This document shows positions 45,283 to 53,662 of a stretch of 53,662 nucleotides of DNA, piece by piece. The stretch comes from Candidatus Omnitrophota bacterium. Lineage in GTDB: Bacteria > Omnitrophota > Gorgyraeia > M55B152. The translations under genes and the position numbers were made by a program. Each line of letters begins with the position of its first letter. Position 1 is the stretch's first letter. The notes beneath the pieces were generated by a model. It was given only the letters and a program-made list of their open reading frames with translations, did not search any database and was not told the origin of the DNA. The stretch lies in NCBI GenBank assembly GCA_018399975.1, contig JAGYNU010000001.1, positions 1 to 53,662 on the forward strand, read 5' to 3'.

Positions 45283-47082
45283 TTAAACATATAAATTAAT
45301 TTTATCCTCTAAATGTTCTCTTGATACTAATCCCACTAATCTATCCTGCAATTCTCCACCTTTAAATATTGCTAACGTTGGTATACTCATAACTTGATAT
45401 TGCATAGCAAGGGAACGAGCTTCATCTAAATTAAGTTTACATACTTTCAATTTACCTTCATATTCATCAGCTATTTCTTCAACAACCGGAGTTATCATAT
45501 GGCAAGGCGCACAATTGTGGTGGATAACTCCATCAGCAACAAACATTTTAGTATCATTATTTAACATCAAAGAAATAAATTCGTAATTCCTTTTTTTATA
45601 TTTCTTAATTATTTTAACTTTTTCAAATGAAACTTTCTTAGTATCATCAGTGTATATTTTCAACCAATCTTTATAGGGCATAGCATCGCGGGGCGGAAAA
45701 GCTTCTCTTCCTTGTAGCCAGTTATTCACAATGCAGTAATTTAAATTCAATTTTTTGCTGATTTCACTAATTGAAAAATTATTTCTCATTCGAAGAACCT
45801 GTGATCTTTTTCTTCTCCTCTCGTTAATCTTTGCCAGCCTCTGTTCTAGATAAGCTTTTGCTAAAGCTGATATTATCTTTTTGGTATAGGCATATTTAAA
45901 GCCTATAGAAGCATAGGCATAAGCACTTTTAAAATCTGAACCTATCCAAATTTTTAAAAGTTTTGATTCTTTTCCGTCTTTTCTTTTATATCTATCTTCA
46001 ATTTTAATCTCTGTCTTTTTAATTTTTACTTTAAAATTATTCAAAAGTTGAGAAAGCTGTTTTGCGAAAAGTTGAGGTGATTTTTTTGCAAATGATGAAA
46101 AATGAAACTCAATTGGATTTATATTAGCAGTATTATAAGGAACTCTTTCTTTCCTTTTTATAGTTCTTATAACAACTCTAGGTCCATCACCTCCTAAAAA
46201 ACCCTGAAGAAATGCTTTTTGAACTTGTTCAGGTCCCTGTAATATCCATTTTGGAACTGTTAGTCCCTTAAAAAATTTCTTCCCTACAATTCCTCCCAAA
46301 GCTACTAATAAGATAAATAAAGAAGTTTTGGTTACTCTTACTCTATAACCAGATTGAGTAAACTTTCTACCATTGATTTCTCCCTCTTTTGACTTTTGTC
46401 TTCTAAAACTTGGGCAGAAACCAATATATTCTAAATCTCGCATTATCTCTTCTAAATCTTGCTTTCTTCCTACAAAAAATTCTACAAACCGTTCATTATT
46501 TTTAGTCATAGAAAGCGAACCATCTGTTAATAAAAATCCTATTAGATTAGCCAAAATATATGTTTTTTCTTGATTATACTTGAGAGTGAGTAATTTTTTC
46601 TCTCTTAATTCATTGATATATAATGACTTGTTTAGATTCAAATTTTTAGCCGTTTTTCTAACTTTTTTCTCAGTAAGAAACATTTTTTTACTGCCATTAG
46701 AATTAAGATAAAAATCTGCAAATAAATACGTAGAAAGTAAATCTCCAACCTGTAAATCTTCTACTTTTTTAAAACCATCCTTAGTCAGTATTAAATGTTC
46801 TGGAGTGCAAGTTAACTCTCTGTTACCCTCAGTTTTTACCTTAATCATTTGGTTAAGTATCACTCGATGTGTAGAGACAATATTGCTCTTTATCTCTTTA
46901 AAATTTTTATCAAAAGAAAGTATTTTTGAACCTCTCCTGGTTTCTTTAATATCTTTTACCTCTGGGTTGAAAATCAATTTACTTTTTGGTCCTAAACACC
47001 AAGGAGCCCAAAAATCTATCAAAACTGGCACATTAGACTCTAAAACTTCCTGTTGAAAATTTTGTTCTGTAATTTCCAGCAC
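45283..47082 (-). CDS. trxA: thioredoxin precursor interrupted by a 495-aa intein
   Basis: The exteins reconstitute a roughly 104-aa thioredoxin (...VLIDFWAPW | CAPCHMITPVVEEIADEYEGKLKVCKLNLDE...). Start taken at the second GTG, 8 nt after AGGAGG. Confidence 0.9.
   Translation of the reverse strand: MLEITEQNFQQEVLESNVPVLIDFWAPWCLGPKSKLIFNPEVKDIKETRRGSKILSFDKNFKEIKSNIVSTHRVILNQMIKVKTEGNRELTCTPEHLILTKDGFKKVEDLQVGDLLSTYLFADFYLNSNGSKKMFLTEKKVRKTAKNLNLNKSLYINELREKKLLTLKYNQEKTYILANLIGFLLTDGSLSMTKNNERFVEFFVGRKQDLEEIMRDLEYIGFCPSFRRQKSKEGEINGRKFTQSGYRVRVTKTSLFILLVALGGIVGKKFFKGLTVPKWILQGPEQVQKAFLQGFLGGDGPRVVIRTIKRKERVPYNTANINPIEFHFSSFAKKSPQLFAKQLSQLLNNFKVKIKKTEIKIEDRYKRKDGKESKLLKIWIGSDFKSAYAYASIGFKYAYTKKIISALAKAYLEQRLAKINERRRKRSQVLRMRNNFSISEISKKLNLNYCIVNNWLQGREAFPPRDAMPYKDWLKIYTDDTKKVSFEKVKIIKKYKKRNYEFISLMLNNDTKMFVADGVIHHNCAPCHMITPVVEEIADEYEGKLKVCKLNLDEARSLAMQYQVMSIPTLAIFKGGELQDRLVGLVSREHLEDKINLYV
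45514..46998 (-). other. intein (Hint splicing domain plus LAGLIDADG homing endonuclease) in the Trx active site
   Basis: Cys1 (CLGPKSKLIF), block B TCTPEHLILTKDG, LAGLIDADG motifs LIGFLLTDGSL and LQGFLGGDGP, terminal VIHHN, then Cys+1. Boundaries verified codon by codon: TGG|TGT at 46999/46998 and AAT|TGT at 45514/45513. Confidence 0.85.
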
Positions 47083-47268
47083 TATTAACACCTCCTAACA
47101 ATTGCAAAACTTGATTCCAAAAGATATTTATATTTATATGACCAATCTTTAGTAATTATATATTGTTTGAATTTCTTTCGCAAGAAACTCTTCTATAAAA
47201 AGGGAAGGATATATTTAAGATTTTAAAAAAAGCAAATTTATAATAATTTTAAAACCAATTCTCTATAT

Positions 47269-47943
47269 TTATCTCTCTCCAAATATGGCTGTTCCTATCC
47301 TAACCATATTACTACCTAATTCAATAGCAACTTTATAAGAATTAGTCATACCCATGGAAAGATATTTCATTTCTACATTAGACAAATTTAAATTTTTAAT
47401 TTTATTAAAAATATCTTTAGTTTTATCGAAATACGGTATAAAATCTTCCGAGACTCCAAATCTCGGCCCCATAGTCATAATACCTTTTACCGATATATTA
47501 CTAAAACCACTTACTTTCTTTATAAAATCTAAAGCATTTTCTGGCAAAATCCCTGTTTTTTGTTTTTCTTTTCCACTATTTATCTCAACAAGAACAGGCA
47601 TAACTTTATTAACCTCTTTGCATCGTTTATTTAATTCTTCTGCCAATCTTAAAGAATCCAATGATTCTATCATATCAAAAACTTTAATGGCCTCCTTAAC
47701 TTTATTTCTCTGCAGGTGTCCTATCATATGCCACTCAACCTTATCAGCATCACCACCTAAACCATTATATACACTCAAAGCTTCCTGAACATAATTTTCT
47801 CCTATATATTTAGCTCCTGCAAATATAACTTCTCTAATTTCTTCAGCAGTTCTTTTCTTTGCCGCTACTACAATATCTATCTTATCAGGCAAAGACTTTC
47901 TTAAATCAATATATCTTTTTGAAATATTCATATTCTTTACCAT
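47269..47943 (-). CDS. yggS: YggS-family pyridoxal phosphate homeostasis protein
   Basis: 224 aa alanine-racemase-N fold with AAKKRT (PLP Lys), HMIGHLQRNKV and LSMGMT motifs. Confidence 0.88.
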   Translation of the reverse strand: MVKNMNISKRYIDLRKSLPDKIDIVVAAKKRTAEEIREVIFAGAKYIGENYVQEALSVYNGLGGDADKVEWHMIGHLQRNKVKEAIKVFDMIESLDSLRLAEELNKRCKEVNKVMPVLVEINSGKEKQKTGILPENALDFIKKVSGFSNISVKGIMTMGPRFGVSEDFIPYFDKTKDIFNKIKNLNLSNVEMKYLSMGMTNSYKVAIELGSNMVRIGTAIFGER

Positions 47944-48695
47944 TATATATTTAATTCTGCACCTACTCTTATAGGTATAAATTTATCTTTGTACTCTGCT
48001 TTAAACATTTTCTCAGCTTCCTTGCCACTACAATGGGTAGCTCCAACTTTTTCGATACCTAACTGTCTAAATTTATCTATAATTAAATCGATTTTATTTT
48101 GATCTGTTCTCATAAGATGAAACCCTCCTAAAACCAAACTTAATTTATAATCTTTAAATTTAGCCTTTATTTTGTTAAGTATGTTAATAATACCAGAGTG
48201 TGCACAACCGGTTAAAACTATTAAATTCCGTTCTTGTTTTTTTATTATTAGACTTTGCTCAGCTATATATTCTCCGTTATATTCACCTTCAATTTCCCCA
48301 GAACTCAATATATAATCCATCCCATTTATTTCAGGAAAATCCTTTTCGCTATTAATATCTTTAAATAAAGGAACTTCAATTAATTCTGTTTTATATTTCT
48401 TAACTTTATTTTTAAATTTTTTACTAAAACCGGGGCACCCATAAACTTGTAAACCTCTTCTATGCTTTAGCAAATTCCATAAACCTCCGGTATGATCCCA
48501 ATGGTCATGAGAAATAACAACTGACTCTATACTATTTAAATCAATATTCATATAACGAATATTATACAATAGCCATCTACCTTTTTCTCCTGTATCAAAC
48601 AAAATTTTATTATCTATTAATACTGAGAAACCCCACCCAATATGCAAATCATTATTTACAGCTTTATAATCAAATAAAATCTTTAAATTACTCAC
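47943..48695 (-). CDS. MBL-fold metallo-hydrolase
   Basis: HxHxDH motif as ISHDHWDHTGG, with later GCAHSG and a C-terminal His/Cys ligand region. Confidence 0.7.
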   Translation of the reverse strand: MSNLKILFDYKAVNNDLHIGWGFSVLIDNKILFDTGEKGRWLLYNIRYMNIDLNSIESVVISHDHWDHTGGLWNLLKHRRGLQVYGCPGFSKKFKNKVKKYKTELIEVPLFKDINSEKDFPEINGMDYILSSGEIEGEYNGEYIAEQSLIIKKQERNLIVLTGCAHSGIINILNKIKAKFKDYKLSLVLGGFHLMRTDQNKIDLIIDKFRQLGIEKVGATHCSGKEAEKMFKAEYKDKFIPIRVGAELNI

Positions 48696-48763
48696 AATGC
48701 CTTCCTTTTTTTAAAATAAACACTAATTATTTTATATAATTATTAAATTGAATGAAGATATAA

Positions 48764-49243
48764 TTACATCTTCATACTTTTTTTATATTTCCATTTCTTT
48801 AAAAAATTCATATAATCAACAATCAATTTCCCATCTAAATGATCTATTTCATGCAGAACAACTCTAGCTAAAAGTCCTTTTAAATCAAGTTCTACCTCAT
48901 CTCCTTTTTCATTTAAACCAACAGCTGTAATACTATATGACCTTTTAACATCAACACTTGTGTCTGGAATACTTAAACAACCTTCTATCATTTTATCTTT
49001 ACCCTTTTTGTTAATAACTTTAGGATTTGCAAGTTTAATTACTTTATTATCAACTTCAGCTATTATCATTCTTTTTGACAAACCAATTTGAGGAGCAGCT
49101 AAACCTATACCTTTAAAATACCGCATAGTGTACAACATTCTATCAAATAACTCACTTTCTTCCTGTGTTATTCCATTGACAGGTTCACAAATCTTTCTTA
49201 AAACATCATCATTAGGATATTTCTTTATTTCCATTATTTCCAT
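48764..49243 (-). CDS. def: peptide deformylase
   Basis: Three PDF motifs: GIGLAAPQIG, EGCLS, HEIDHLDG. Confidence 0.92.
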   Translation of the reverse strand: MEIMEIKKYPNDDVLRKICEPVNGITQEESELFDRMLYTMRYFKGIGLAAPQIGLSKRMIIAEVDNKVIKLANPKVINKKGKDKMIEGCLSIPDTSVDVKRSYSITAVGLNEKGDEVELDLKGLLARVVLHEIDHLDGKLIVDYMNFLKKWKYKKSMKM

Positions 49244-49253
49244 ATATAACTCC

Positions 49254-50111
49254 CTAATAACTATTTTCTTTTAAAACTATATTGCCAACTTCACAATCGA
49301 GTTTATCCGCCATTACAAAACATTTTACTTTAAGCATAAAAAATATAGGAGCTTTTTCTCCAATTAAAGTTTCTATATTACCTTGTCCTTTACTAATAAT
49401 AATATCAGCATCATTAAATTCTTTGAGAAACTCACTTGAACAAATCTCTAAAGGAGTCCCAGGAACATCCGAACCACTTTCTATAATTCTACATATTTTA
49501 TCTAACCCACATAGTCGAGCATCTTCCATTAATATATCATTTATAGCAGGTTTACTTCTAACTGCAAATACTATATTTTTATTATTCACATTCAACATAT
49601 ATTCAATAAGAATTTTATCAAACACTATTTCTCCTGCATTGTCTCCAATATAAAGAATCTTTTTTGCTTTTTCTAATTTTCTTTTAAAACTATCATAATC
49701 AAAAATACCCAATTTTTTATGAACTATATTCTTTATTTCTTGTTCAATATCGAATTTCCCTGGAGTTCCAAAATCTATAACATTTCCAGCGATAGCAAAT
49801 TTTGTTGCCAAAAGCAAAGGGTCATCTGAGTTTCCAACTTCTTCTTTTACTTTACTATATAATCCCATTGCTTTTTTATTAGAATCTCTTTTTACTTTAT
49901 AAAAAGGGTCCCCATCTTTAGTAATCTGCTCTATTACATTATAAACTTTTTTAGCAATAAAAGGAGGAGATAATTCCATGCTAATTTCTTTCATAATATC
50001 AGCTACTTTATCTAAAACCTCTCTTTGCTGAATAATATTAACCCCAGCTAAACGGGCAGTTCTAAGTGCTTGATTATAAAAACAAGGTATACAATCTAAA
50101 TAAGTTTGCAT
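49254..50111 (-). CDS. DUF89 / ARMT1-like damage-control phosphatase family protein
   Basis: N-terminal DCIPCFYNQALRTARL, central GDNAGEIVFD and C-terminal KGQGN, as remembered for DUF89. Confidence 0.7.
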   Translation of the reverse strand: MQTYLDCIPCFYNQALRTARLAGVNIIQQREVLDKVADIMKEISMELSPPFIAKKVYNVIEQITKDGDPFYKVKRDSNKKAMGLYSKVKEEVGNSDDPLLLATKFAIAGNVIDFGTPGKFDIEQEIKNIVHKKLGIFDYDSFKRKLEKAKKILYIGDNAGEIVFDKILIEYMLNVNNKNIVFAVRSKPAINDILMEDARLCGLDKICRIIESGSDVPGTPLEICSSEFLKEFNDADIIISKGQGNIETLIGEKAPIFFMLKVKCFVMADKLDCEVGNIVLKENSY

Positions 50112-50114
50112 AAA

Positions 50115-50777
50115 TTAATTAATTTTTCCTTCCACAACAGCTTTTTTTGAAATATTATCTTTCGTAAATAAATTAAATAAACTTTTAGGCACACACATAG
50201 CTAAACTATCTCTATCTATACCACCATATATTCGAGATTCATCACAACCAAAAGATAAAGTTATTTCATTTGTAACATATGACTTAACTGCTAAATTACC
50301 ACAAATTGACATTATGCTGGAAATAACAACTTTTAATTCCTGCCCTGTTTCATCATGATACATTCGCACGATATCCATAGCTGTTTTAGGATTTAAATAA
50401 GCAATAGCTATATCTGGATCTTTATCTGTATTTAAACCTATATATTTAGGAGCATTATTTAATTCTTCTAAATTGTAGATGATATCTTTTGCAGTATCAT
50501 AATCAATATTCCTCTTATCAAGACAAATTGTTATAATATCATCTCTTGTTTTTTCTGACCATTTGAATATAAATTTTGCAGGTTCACAATTTAAATTATC
50601 CTTTTTGAAAATTATAGGATGAATTATAGCTTTATTTATAGCTTCACAAAATCTAAATTGTGATTTATCATAATAAAGATCTAATATTTCTTTATCCGGG
50701 AGGAATTGATAAAACTTAACCCCAACCCAATGTATCCCATATTGTTTTCTCATCTTTTCTATAATCTGCCCACCCAT
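50115..50777 (-). CDS. DUF169 family protein (uncharacterised)
   Basis: 220 aa with an N-terminal ...VGVKF... pattern and overall resemblance to COG2043/DUF169. The recognition is weak. Confidence 0.5.
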   Translation of the reverse strand: MGGQIIEKMRKQYGIHWVGVKFYQFLPDKEILDLYYDKSQFRFCEAINKAIIHPIIFKKDNLNCEPAKFIFKWSEKTRDDIITICLDKRNIDYDTAKDIIYNLEELNNAPKYIGLNTDKDPDIAIAYLNPKTAMDIVRMYHDETGQELKVVISSIMSICGNLAVKSYVTNEITLSFGCDESRIYGGIDRDSLAMCVPKSLFNLFTKDNISKKAVVEGKIN

Positions 50778-50826
50778 TAATACCTCCTCAAAGTATAAAT
50801 GTATTACACTTTCGCTACATATTTTA

Positions 50827-51456
50827 TCAACTATATTGCGCTTTTATAACTACAAAACTCCCTTCACCATAATTAGGTTTAGAAAACTCACATTCATCAA
50901 GTTTTCTCGGATCGTTAAATAACGTTTGTCTAAAAGAAAAATTTCTAAAACCAACTTTTTCAAGTAAATCTATCACTTCTTGTGGGGAAAAAAAATTAGC
51001 ATGAGCATAAAATGCACTGTCACTCGATATATACTGTTTACCCAAAACACTATTCTTATCAATTATACCTAAAATAATATTACCTGATTTTCTTAAAACA
51101 CGTTTAGTTTCAGATAATACTACTAAAGGATTTCTAATAAAACAAAGGGTTGTTATCATTAATACTGTATCAAAAACATTATCCTTAAATGGTAGCCTTT
51201 CTCCATTTGCTTTAAAAACATTCAAACATTTAGCATGAGCAAGTTTTAACATTTCAAAAGAAACATCTACTCCAACAGCTATATTTAAATCAGATGCAAA
51301 GCGGCCTGTTCCTGTCCCAATTTCTAAACTTTTCGATTTAACACTTAAAAAATATTTTAATGCTTCAAGTTCGGAAAGATAAATAAATTCATTTTCCTCA
51401 TACCATTTATCATATTTCAAAGCATATTTATCAAATATTTCTGGTATAGTAGACAT
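50827..51456 (-). CDS. class I SAM-dependent methyltransferase
   Basis: Motif I LEIGTGTGRF, then a post-I acidic residue (GVDVS) and a motif-II-like FDTVLM. Start at MSTIPEIF. Confidence 0.8.
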   Translation of the reverse strand: MSTIPEIFDKYALKYDKWYEENEFIYLSELEALKYFLSVKSKSLEIGTGTGRFASDLNIAVGVDVSFEMLKLAHAKCLNVFKANGERLPFKDNVFDTVLMITTLCFIRNPLVVLSETKRVLRKSGNIILGIIDKNSVLGKQYISSDSAFYAHANFFSPQEVIDLLEKVGFRNFSFRQTLFNDPRKLDECEFSKPNYGEGSFVVIKAQYS

Positions 51457-51461
51457 TTTTA

Positions 51462-51773
51462 CTAAAACTCTTCCCACCATCCGTTATAAAAACGATTTAA
51501 GTGCTCACGATACATCTTTTCAATCTTTGTATCTTGCACATCTTTTTTGTTAAAAGAATATTTATAATTCCTTATGTATTCCATTATAATTTGATAGGCA
51601 TCATTTATTTGTTTGAACTTTTCCTCATAGCCACCTATCTTTTTATCTCTACAACTATCAGGATGATACTTTTTGGAAAGTTTTCTAAATTGCGATTTAA
51701 CTTCATCTAAAGTTACTTCCTTATCAAGTTGCAAAATTTTTCTTGCGTTATTAATCTTTTCAAAATCTGCCAT
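51462..51773 (-). CDS. stand-alone J-domain protein
   Basis: J-domain with the HPD tripeptide (LSKKYHPD...INDAYQII). A short Trp-rich tail (YNGWWEEF) follows, with no DnaJ zinc-finger or C-terminal domains. Confidence 0.7.
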   Translation of the reverse strand: MADFEKINNARKILQLDKEVTLDEVKSQFRKLSKKYHPDSCRDKKIGGYEEKFKQINDAYQIIMEYIRNYKYSFNKKDVQDTKIEKMYREHLNRFYNGWWEEF

Positions 51774-51793
51774 AAACACCTTTCTGTATATAA

Positions 51794-52018
51794 TTATGCT
51801 CTAACCATTTTAGAGCCACATTTGGGACATTTTCTTTCATAACAAGGTTGTCCTGCACCATGCGCAACTTTTGTCCCACAACTTGGACAAACACAGTCTC
51901 CACTAGGGCCTGCTCCAGGCCTATTGCCCCCTAAACGTCCTCTACCTCTACCTCCTCCAAAACCTCTACCACTTCCAGGACCTCGTCCTGCTGGGCCAGT
52001 TCCATCTCCAAATGGCAT
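51794..52018 (-). CDS. Gly/Arg-rich small protein with DUF5320-like N-terminus and C-terminal zinc ribbon
   Basis: MPFGDGTGPAGRGPGSGRG... followed by CVCPSCG...CPKCG. An AAGGGGGA SD lies upstream. Confidence 0.6.
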   Translation of the reverse strand: MPFGDGTGPAGRGPGSGRGFGGGRGRGRLGGNRPGAGPSGDCVCPSCGTKVAHGAGQPCYERKCPKCGSKMVRA

Positions 52019-52081
52019 AATATTCCCCCTTTTTATAAATAAATTACGTTAAATTAAAAAATGCGGGTTATAACAAAACAC

Positions 52082-52648
52082 CTATAAACTTAATTTTTCT
52101 TTTAATTCAGCAAGTTTTCTTCTAATTTCTTTTGCCTGTTGTTCTAAATCTTTAGCTTCTTGTTCTAATCTATCAAATTCTTCTTCTCGACTAAGTCCTT
52201 CTTGTTGAACACTATCACTATCAGAAAATGGTGTATTATTGCCCCCTTTCATTTTTCTACCAAATCCACCTCTACCAATACTTCCTGTCCCAAACTTAGA
52301 ATCTACAGTAGAAGATTGAACAAATTCTAAATCATCTGTCTTATATTTCTCTATTATTTTCTGCACACTTCCACTAGATAACCCTGTAATTATTTTAATT
52401 CCTGCAGCCTGTAGAGTTTGAAAAGCATTTGGCCCAATATTTCCACTTAAAACTACATCAACTTGTTTATTAGCAACTAATTGTCCCGACTGAACCCCAG
52501 CTCCTCCACCTGCTATAATATTTGAATTTCTAATCGCTTCAAAACTTTCAGTTTCAGAATCATAGATTATAAAATACTGGCATCTTCCAAACCGTGGGTC
52601 AACTTGTGAATCTAAATTGTCTCCTTGAGAAGTTACACAAATCTTCAT
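52082..52648 (-). CDS. NifB/NifX-family (dinitrogenase FeMo-cofactor-binding fold) protein with Gly-rich linker and coiled-coil tail
   Basis: MKICVTSQGDNLDSQVDPRFGRCQYFIIYD... is typical of NifX-like/DUF-type proteins. The C-terminal GRGGFGR segment and the heptad-rich REEEFDRLEQEAKDLEQQAKEIRRKL tail are extra. GAAGGAGG SD upstream. Confidence 0.75.
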   Translation of the reverse strand: MKICVTSQGDNLDSQVDPRFGRCQYFIIYDSETESFEAIRNSNIIAGGGAGVQSGQLVANKQVDVVLSGNIGPNAFQTLQAAGIKIITGLSSGSVQKIIEKYKTDDLEFVQSSTVDSKFGTGSIGRGGFGRKMKGGNNTPFSDSDSVQQEGLSREEEFDRLEQEAKDLEQQAKEIRRKLAELKEKLSL

Positions 52649-52736
52649 AAAACCTCCTTCTGTAAACACACAGTATATTAACTAATTAATAATACCTAAC
52701 CTATTTTATTTATCATCAACTATAAATTAATAATCG

Positions 52737-53123
52737 TTAATGCCCTTGGTCATGTTCTGTTTTTTCTCTCGAAACTCCATATCCTTTTCCACTTCCAGGG
52801 TTACAAAGACTCTGACCTTCTTTTAAAGTACCATTAATCAATTTATCAATTATTTTATCTACATCTCCGGTTACACCAATAATACTCTTTATCTTTTTCT
52901 CTTCAAACAATGCATAAGCTTTACGCCCCATTCCTCCAGCAATAATACATTCAACATCATACTGACGTAAAAATTCCGGCAAATACCCTGTTTTATGTCC
53001 CGGATTATTTATAATTTTTTTGGATTTAACATCGCCTTTTTTTATATCAATGATTGTAAAAGCAGGACATCTTCCAAAATGAGCTGATACCTTACCGTCA
53101 TCAGTTGAAATAGCGATTTTCAT
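52737..53123 (-). CDS. NifB/NifX-family (FeMo-cofactor-binding fold) protein
   Basis: MKIAISTDDGKVSAHFGRCPAFTIIDI... and IIAGGMGRKA motifs. Confidence 0.8.
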   Translation of the reverse strand: MKIAISTDDGKVSAHFGRCPAFTIIDIKKGDVKSKKIINNPGHKTGYLPEFLRQYDVECIIAGGMGRKAYALFEEKKIKSIIGVTGDVDKIIDKLINGTLKEGQSLCNPGSGKGYGVSREKTEHDQGH

Positions 53124-53211
53124 AAATACTCCTTGGTTAATTTAAAAGACAACACCCTCCACCTATTTTTTAATAACAAACTTAATAAAATGACAAAATC
53201 TAAATTATATA

Positions 53212-53607
53212 TTATTTATCTTTATTTGTCGATTCTTTTTCTAATGTACCGATACGTTTTTGAATATTTTCTAATTCTTTTTTTAAAAATTTGCTTTGCT
53301 CCTTTAACATACCAACTTCTTGTTGAGGAGTAACCTCTTGCTCATAAAACTGGGAACCATAATAAGGCATTTTTTTCCACGAAGGTAATCCTTGAGTAAA
53401 CCTTGACCAACCTGGAGCCCCTGTAGCATAATACCAGTTTCTGTAACCACGGCCACCATAGCCACCCCATGAACCATGTCTAAATCCGAAACCTCTTCCC
53501 GGAGCCAAATTTATATATCCAGGGCCTGAATTTCCAGCACAATATCCTGCACCTCTACCTGTCTTTGGGCCTAAACCTTCTGGGCCTGTTCCATTTCCAC
53601 CTGGCAT
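53212..53607 (-). CDS. DUF5320 family protein
   Basis: MPGGNGTGPEGLGPKTGRGAGYCAG start, an aromatic/Gly-rich middle and a C-terminal coiled coil. AGGAGGGGG SD upstream; the track ORF starts 9 codons earlier. Confidence 0.65.
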   Translation of the reverse strand: MPGGNGTGPEGLGPKTGRGAGYCAGNSGPGYINLAPGRGFGFRHGSWGGYGGRGYRNWYYATGAPGWSRFTQGLPSWKKMPYYGSQFYEQEVTPQQEVGMLKEQSKFLKKELENIQKRIGTLEKESTNKDK

Positions 53608-53662
53608 AATAATCCCCCTCCTAAATGAGCACATGTTTTACGCGACCAACGGAAGCGTAAAT

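Noticed and set aside
47103-47119. TGGAATCAAGTTTTGCA (minus strand) upstream of the thioredoxin gene, considered as a sigma-54 promoter.
   Set aside because: The GG to GC spacing is 11 rather than 10 nt. The element would also place the transcription start on top of the SD.

Overview
AT-rich (roughly 28-30% GC by eye) bacterial chromosome segment. About 53 of 56 genes lie on the minus strand; only rpsT, rpoN and a sigma-54 activator are on plus. Most of the content is housekeeping. Lol, LptE, BamD and Lnt indicate a diderm envelope, probably an uncultivated anaerobe-type lineage (inference only).

Gene order on the minus strand, from high to low coordinates:
- a NifX-like / DUF5320 / J-domain cluster of unknown function
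- DUF169, DUF89, def, an MBL-fold protein and yggS
- an intein-split thioredoxin
- lpd-lipB-lipA, then queD-E-C-F
- gcvT-H-PA-PB, then nth plus a stand-alone LigD-type phosphoesterase
- a CBS-domain antiporter and NfeD/SPFH
- comEC, bamD, lptE, holA, murJ, uvrC
- prfB (with its +1 frameshift), secA, lnt, lysS, lolCD, ilvE and mcsA-mcsB-clpC

Most interesting items:
1. A 495-aa LAGLIDADG intein sits exactly at the thioredoxin CxxC active site.
2. An uncharacterised Gly-rich / NifX-like / J-domain gene cluster runs to the window edge.
3. A modular family of GC-rich hairpin repeats occurs at three loci. One copy is inserted in-frame inside lnt, and one lies next to an IS256-type transposase remnant.
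4. Two further dispersed repeat families are present.

All protein calls come from motif recognition on the supplied translations. No database search was run.
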